Positions 51,418 through 56,413 of a DNA stretch of 56,413 bases are shown here, in pieces. The DNA comes from Chiloscyllium plagiosum (Eukaryota). Position 1 is the stretch's first letter, and every line of letters begins with the position of its first letter. The DNA lies in contig NC_057755.1 in the NCBI RefSeq assembly GCF_004010195.1, forward strand, positions 2,183,803 to 2,240,215. The letters are read 5' to 3'. The notes under the pieces were generated by a model. That model saw only the letters and a program-made list of their open reading frames with translations, did no database searches and was not told the DNA's origin. Both the position numbers and the translations under genes were made by a program.

Positions 51418-51569
51418 TTGGGGGCCTCCTGTGAAGCGCTTCTGTGGTGTTTCCTCCGGCATTTATAGTGGCCTGTCCCTGCCGCTTCCAGACAATCGGA
51501 AGCGGCAGGGACAGGCCACTATAAATGCCGGAGGAAACACCACAGAAGCGCTTCACAGGAGGCTCCCAA

Positions 51570-51609
51570 GCACTGAGGATGTCACCTAGACAGGGGACGA
51601 AACGTTTGC
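51570..51609 (+). ncRNA. Minimal type I hammerhead ribozyme motif
   Basis: gca-CTGAGGA-tgtcacctagacaggggac-GAAA-CG-TT-tgc: conserved core, stem II gtc/cct with agg/gac, palindromic ACGT stem III, and stem I gca/tgc. Confidence 0.65.
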
Positions 51610-52493
51610 AACAAAAACTTCCAGCTCGGCGAACAGAATCACAGCAACGAGCACCCGAGCTACAAATCTTCTCACAAACTTTGAGTTCAACATGAACTAA
51701 TACAGACTTGACATTTAATAGGACCAGTTCCAATACACAAGAACCCTGCTGCCTCACAGGGACAATGGGTGGGTCGGGGTGGGATGTTCTTGCAGGATCG
51801 GAGTGGATTCCATGGGCCGATTGGCATTCTTCCTCACTGCAAGTATTCTATGATTTTACTCAATGTGCGTTTTGCAATGTTTGTCATTTGTATCATTCAA
51901 TTAACCCCAGTTCTTAAAAAAGAAACATTGACACATGGGCGTTAACTCACCCTTGTCATCTGTTTGTTCAAATTCTTAAATCAATGAATTGAACCAAGTT
52001 ATAATGTGACAGCCCCAACCCCCACCCACCCCCAGCTGATGCCAATTTGTGTAATTGAAAAATTTGGTATGATATCACATCGGCATTTAGTGTGGAGAGA
52101 TTGCTTGCAAATAGAGATTCACGCAGAAAATTAATTCTTCATAGCATCAGTTGGAGAAAATGTTTACATGTCGCTTCTGATTGTTAAACTTCCTAGCAGG
52201 TGCCTTGCATAATTGAATTTGTGTTAATCTATCTGAGGGTTATCTGTGGTTTCTCTTTGAATTTGACAACGATCATGTGCATGTAAAGGCCACAAGCGGC
52301 AGCTGATCAGTAGTTTAGTCTCAGAGTACCGAAAGCTTGCAGAATACCTATCATTGCAGATTCCAAAACAATTGCTTGGGAAGTTAAACTTTCCATTGCG
52401 TAATCTGAGGGAGCCTTCTTTGCTGCTTTCTGGGAACCTTCCAGAAATCTCCATTTCAATTGGAGATTATGGAGAGATTTGGTGGAATTAAGG

Positions 52494-54534
52494 AATATAC
52501 TCGTGTATATGTCGTGAATAGGTCGATCTCATCTATAAGGCGATCTCTTAGTTTTGGCCAAAAAATGTTGTATTTTCTATATATTTCATACATAAGTAAA
52601 CCCTACTATGTTGCATTATAAAACTCATCCAAAGGAAAATGCATATTCCCATTAACCCACTTAAACAAAATCGCATTAATTCATACCTGTAACTCTTCTC
52701 ATCAATATTTGTTTACTATATTGCAACTGTATTCATTCATTCATTCAGAATTCTACTTGCTGCACTTGATTTGTTCATTCATTCAAACCAGTACGACTTC
52801 TATCAGCACTAATTTCACTTTTGTCACGATACCGCCAAAAGTTAATATCGTAAAACGTTAATCATTTTAATTGTGCCATTAAATCTGAATAAAAATGAGA
52901 TATATTAGCTAAATGCCGGTATATTTTTAATTGTTTGGCAGATGTGTTCATATTGTTGATTTGTTGATAACGTATGTGGGTAAATGGGAGGAAAATAGTA
53001 TAATTTGGCGTGAAAGTTCAAAACGCTGACACATTCAGTATTTAATAAATATTTCATTTTAAGTGTGCAATTATACCAGGCCATGATGCTGTTGAACAGT
53101 GTGATTTTGCAGGATTTAAATCAATCTTCGACAGTTTAAATTTTCGTGCTGGTCTCTCGATTCTCTCCAGTAATTACCTTTACCGTAATTCGTTGCATTT
53201 TTCTTCTTTGCACGGAATTATTTGTGCGATGAAATCAACTTTTGCTAATAGAATTAATGAGAGCAGAGCTGTGGACGTGATATATATGAACTTCAGTAAG
53301 GCATTCCATGAGGTTCCCCATGGCAGAGTGTTTAGTAAGGTTAGATCATATTGAATACATGGAGAACTAGCCATTTGGTTACAGAACTGGCTCAAAGGTA
53401 AAAGACAAAGGTTGGTGGTGAAGGTTTGTTTTTCAGACTGGAAGCCACAAGGATCGGTGCTGGGTCCACTATTTTTCATCGTTTATATAAATGTTTTGGA
53501 TGTAAGCATAAGAGATATAGTTAACAAGTTTTCAGATGGCACCAACATTGAAGGTGTTGTGGACAGTCAAGAAGGCTACCTCAGATTACAATGGGATCTT
53601 GATCAGATGGTCCAGTGGGCTGAGGCGTGGCAGATGCAGATTAAATTTTGGGACAGCAAATCTTAACAGGACTTATGCACTTATTGGTAAGGCCCAAAGG
53701 ATTATTGCTGAACAAAAAGAACTTTAAATGCAGCTTCATGGCTCCTTGAAGTTAGAATCGCAGGTAGATAGGATAGTCAGGAAGGTGTTTGGTATGCTTT
53801 CCTTTGTTGGTCAGAGTATTGAATACATGAGTTGGGAGGTCATGTTACAGCTGAACAGGACATTGGTTCGGCCACGTTTGGAATATTGCGTGCAATTCTG
53901 GTCTCCTTCCTATGGGAAGAATATTGTGAGACAAGAAAGTGTTCAGAAAAGATTTACAAGGATATTGCCAGAGTTGAAGGATTTGAGCTATAGGGAGAGG
54001 TTGAATAGGCTGGGGTTGTTTTTCCTGAAGCGTCAGAAGCTGAGGGGTGACCTTATACAGGTTTTTAAAATGCTGAGTGGCATGGACAGGATAAATAGAA
54101 AAAGTGTCTTCCCTGGGGTGGGGGATTCCAGAATTAGAGGACATAGGTTTAGGTTGTGAGCGGAAAGAATTAAAAGAAACTACGCAGAGGGTGTTACGTC
54201 TATGGAATTTGCTGTCAGAGGAAGTGGTGGAGGCTAGTACGATTGAAACATTTAAAAGTCATCCGAATGGGTAGATATGAATTGGAAGGGTTTGCAGAGA
54301 TATGGGCCGAGTGTTCGCAGGTGGAATTAGATTGGGTTAGGATATCTGGTTGGCATGAATGAGTTGGACTAAAGGGTTTGTTTCCGTGCTGTACATCTCC
54401 ATGACTCTAATACGGTATTTGTAACCACAGCATGAATTTCAGCCCTTCAAAACTTGTGTCCCTGTATTGGTCGATTCTGTAAATTGAACTTTAAAAAATA
54501 GTCTTAAAAATTCGGCCTGAACAGGAGTATATAC
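52494..54534. mobile_element. Decayed pogo/Tc2-like (Tc1-mariner superfamily) DNA transposon interrupted by a CR1
   Basis: Imperfect TIRs: ATATACTCGTGTATATGTCG vs the reverse complement of the right end, ATATACTCCTGTTCAGGCCG (15/20). Subterminal TATAAG-type repeats and an AT-rich interior. Confidence 0.55.
53248..54410 (+). mobile_element. 5'-truncated CR1 LINE
   Basis: PQGSVLGPLFF, KFSDGTNI and RPRLEYCVQFWSP; tail catgactcta. Confidence 0.92.
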
Positions 54535-54659
54535 ACTAGTCACTTTGTAAAAATATAAACGATGATATTTTTATGTCGAGAGTGCAATATCTTGTTGGCC
54601 TAGTTTGGTTCTGGTTTTTGAGTGTATAAGTGGCAAGGTTCATTGTACTTATTTGTGAG

Positions 54660-54959
54660 CGTTAGCGCTGCTGCCTCACAGCGCTAGAGACCCGGGTTCA
54701 ATTCCGGCATCAAGCGATTGTCTCTGTGGAGTTTGTGCATGCTTCCCGTGTCTCTGCGTGGGTTTCCTCCAGGTACTCGGGTTATCTCCCACAGTTCAAA
54801 AATGTGCAGGTTAGGTGAATTGGCCATGTTAAATTGCGCGTAGCGTTAGGTCAAGGGGTAAATGTAAGAGAATGGGTCTGGGTGGGTTGCTCTTCGGAGG
54901 GTCGGTGTGGACTTGTTAGGCCAAAGGGCCTGTTTCCACACTGTAAGTAATCTAATCTA
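54660..54959 (+). mobile_element. HE1-like SINE (5' end clipped)
   Basis: gttagcgctgctgcctcacag...gggttcaattcc; ends taatctaatct. Confidence 0.9.
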
Positions 54960-55303
54960 CTTCCGAAGCTAATAGTCCACTCGTAGGTATTTTTGTATCC
55001 ACAGCATCTTGTTTTAAAAACTGCTTTTGAAGTCTGGTTACAGGCTGAATAGTTTATGCAAGAATGAATTGTTAGTTTATATAGTTTGCAGTCCACTATA
55101 GTATTAACAGAGCCTCAAAGATTTGTTGGATTTTTATTTTCGTCCTTGTAAGACCTGGTACTGAGAAGATGTATAGATCTGTGCTGATTAGAAGGGAAAG
55201 ACAGAGTTAGTCAAGTATATTACCTTGGCGTGAAAGTTTCGTGCTGATCCAAGATGGAAGTATTTGGATAAAAGAAAGCTCTGAACAAAGTACTTAAAGC
55301 TGA

Positions 55304-55490
55304 TTTGGAGATGCCGGTGTTGGACTGGGGTGTTCAAAGCAATAAAATCGCACAACACCATGTTATAGTACAACGGGTTTATTTGGAAGCACTAACTTTC
55401 AGAGCACTGATGAAGGAGCAGCGCGTTGATAACTAGTGCTTCCAAATATACCTGTTGGACTATAATCTGGTTTTGTGTTTTTTTCATTTT
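55304..55490. mobile_element. Penelope-derived fold-back mini-element (family of 14267-15255) with 14-bp TSD
   Basis: TSD GTACTTAAAGCTGA at 55290-55303 and 55491-55504; arms atttggaagcacta / tagtgcttccaaat; CTGATGA at the centre. Confidence 0.8.
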
Positions 55491-55837
55491 GTACTTAAAG
55501 CTGAATACGTTGACTCAAAGCTGTGCAGTAGCTCTTGGAATAAGATAGTTCCAGTTTAAAAGCGGCAGTCACAAATCGTTATCTGAATGTTAGATGCAGA
55601 AAATCTGGCATGAATATTATGCAAGGGATGTTTTCTTTGGAATGGCACTGGGTGTGGTGTTATATGTAACAGTCGTTTTCTTTCATTTCGGTTGTGCATT
55701 GTATTCAGATTGAAGAGATTACGCATTTACTGCGTACTCATTGCCTTTGAATCTGTGTTATATGTTTGTAGTTTGACGTATTTAATTTTAACATCATTTC
55801 ATTTGTAATAAACTTCTGTTTTGTTTTGAATGCAATA

Positions 55838-56413
55838 TTTTGATAAGGTTCCCCATGGTAGGCTACTGCAAAAAATACGGAGGTATGGCATTGAGGGTGA
55901 CTTGGAGGTTTGGATTACGAATTGGCTGGCTGGGAGAAGACAGAGGGTTGTAGTGATGGTAAAGGTTCATCTTGGTGTGCAGTTACTAGCTGTGTTCCGC
56001 AAGGATCTGTTTTGGGACCATTGCTGTTTGTCATTTTTATAAATGACCTGGAGGAGGGGCAAGAAGGTTGGGTGAGCAAGTTTGTGGATGATACGAAAGT
56101 CGGTGGAGTTGTAGACAGTGAGGAAGGATGTGGCAGGTTACAGCGGGATATAGATAAGCTGCAGAACTGGGCAGAAAGGTGGCAAATGGAGTTCAATGTA
56201 GCTAAGTGTGAGGTGATTCACTTTGATAAGAGTAACAAAAAGATGGGGTACTGGGCTAACGGGCGGATACTTGGTAGTGTGGATGAGCAGAAGGATCTTG
56301 GTGTCCATGTACACAGATCTCTGAAAGTTGCCACCCAGGTAAATAGTGCGGTAATGCAGGCATATGGCGTACTGGCTTTTATTGGTAGAGGAATTGAGTT
56401 CCGGAATCCTGAG
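55838..56413 (+). mobile_element. Young CR1 RT fragment running off the window end
   Basis: FDKVPHGRLLQKIRRYGIEG and KFVDDTKVGG; same family as 18394-20422. Confidence 0.92.

Larger units (their letters stand above)
51349..51683. mobile_element. Young Penelope-derived fold-back element with 144-bp arms and 12-bp TSD
   Basis: Arms 51346-51489 and 51498-51641 (3 mismatches, 8-nt spacer); TSD AGTTCAACATGA at 51337-51348 and 51684-51695. Confidence 0.9.

Noticed and set aside
51311..51757. Mirror-image ORFs on opposite strands
   Set aside because: A consequence of the palindrome.

Overview
Repeat-dominated vertebrate genomic DNA, most likely from a shark or other cartilaginous fish (inferred from HE1-type SINEs, CR1 LINEs with short tandem-repeat tails, and GPR139/142-like receptor genes). 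It contains a 500-N assembly gap at 37272-37771. The only apparently intact host gene is a two-exon class A GPCR on the minus strand (28549-28483 + 27131-26254, 314 aa). A convergent pseudogenised paralogue lies at 452-1318. The rest is nested mobile DNA: CR1, L1, Tx1-like, Gmr1-like Gypsy pieces with solo LTRs, Penelope-like elements, SINEs, a pogo/Tc2-like DNA transposon and a 45-bp minisatellite. Most notable: (i) fold-back Penelope-derived mini-elements from three families that carry minimal hammerhead-ribozyme motifs, with three copies showing 12-15 bp TSDs and most copies ending at the ribozyme core; (ii) a 2.1-kb direct duplication directly flanking a CR1, formally a giant TSD; (iii) two decayed, apparently intronless immune-type coding relics missing from the ORF track as whole proteins, one a V+I/C2 Ig membrane protein and one a tandem C-type lectin; (iv) clustered local templated insertions at 32.5-33.9 kb. 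All family assignments come from motif recognition by eye; no database search was run, and TE boundaries are approximate unless a TSD is given.
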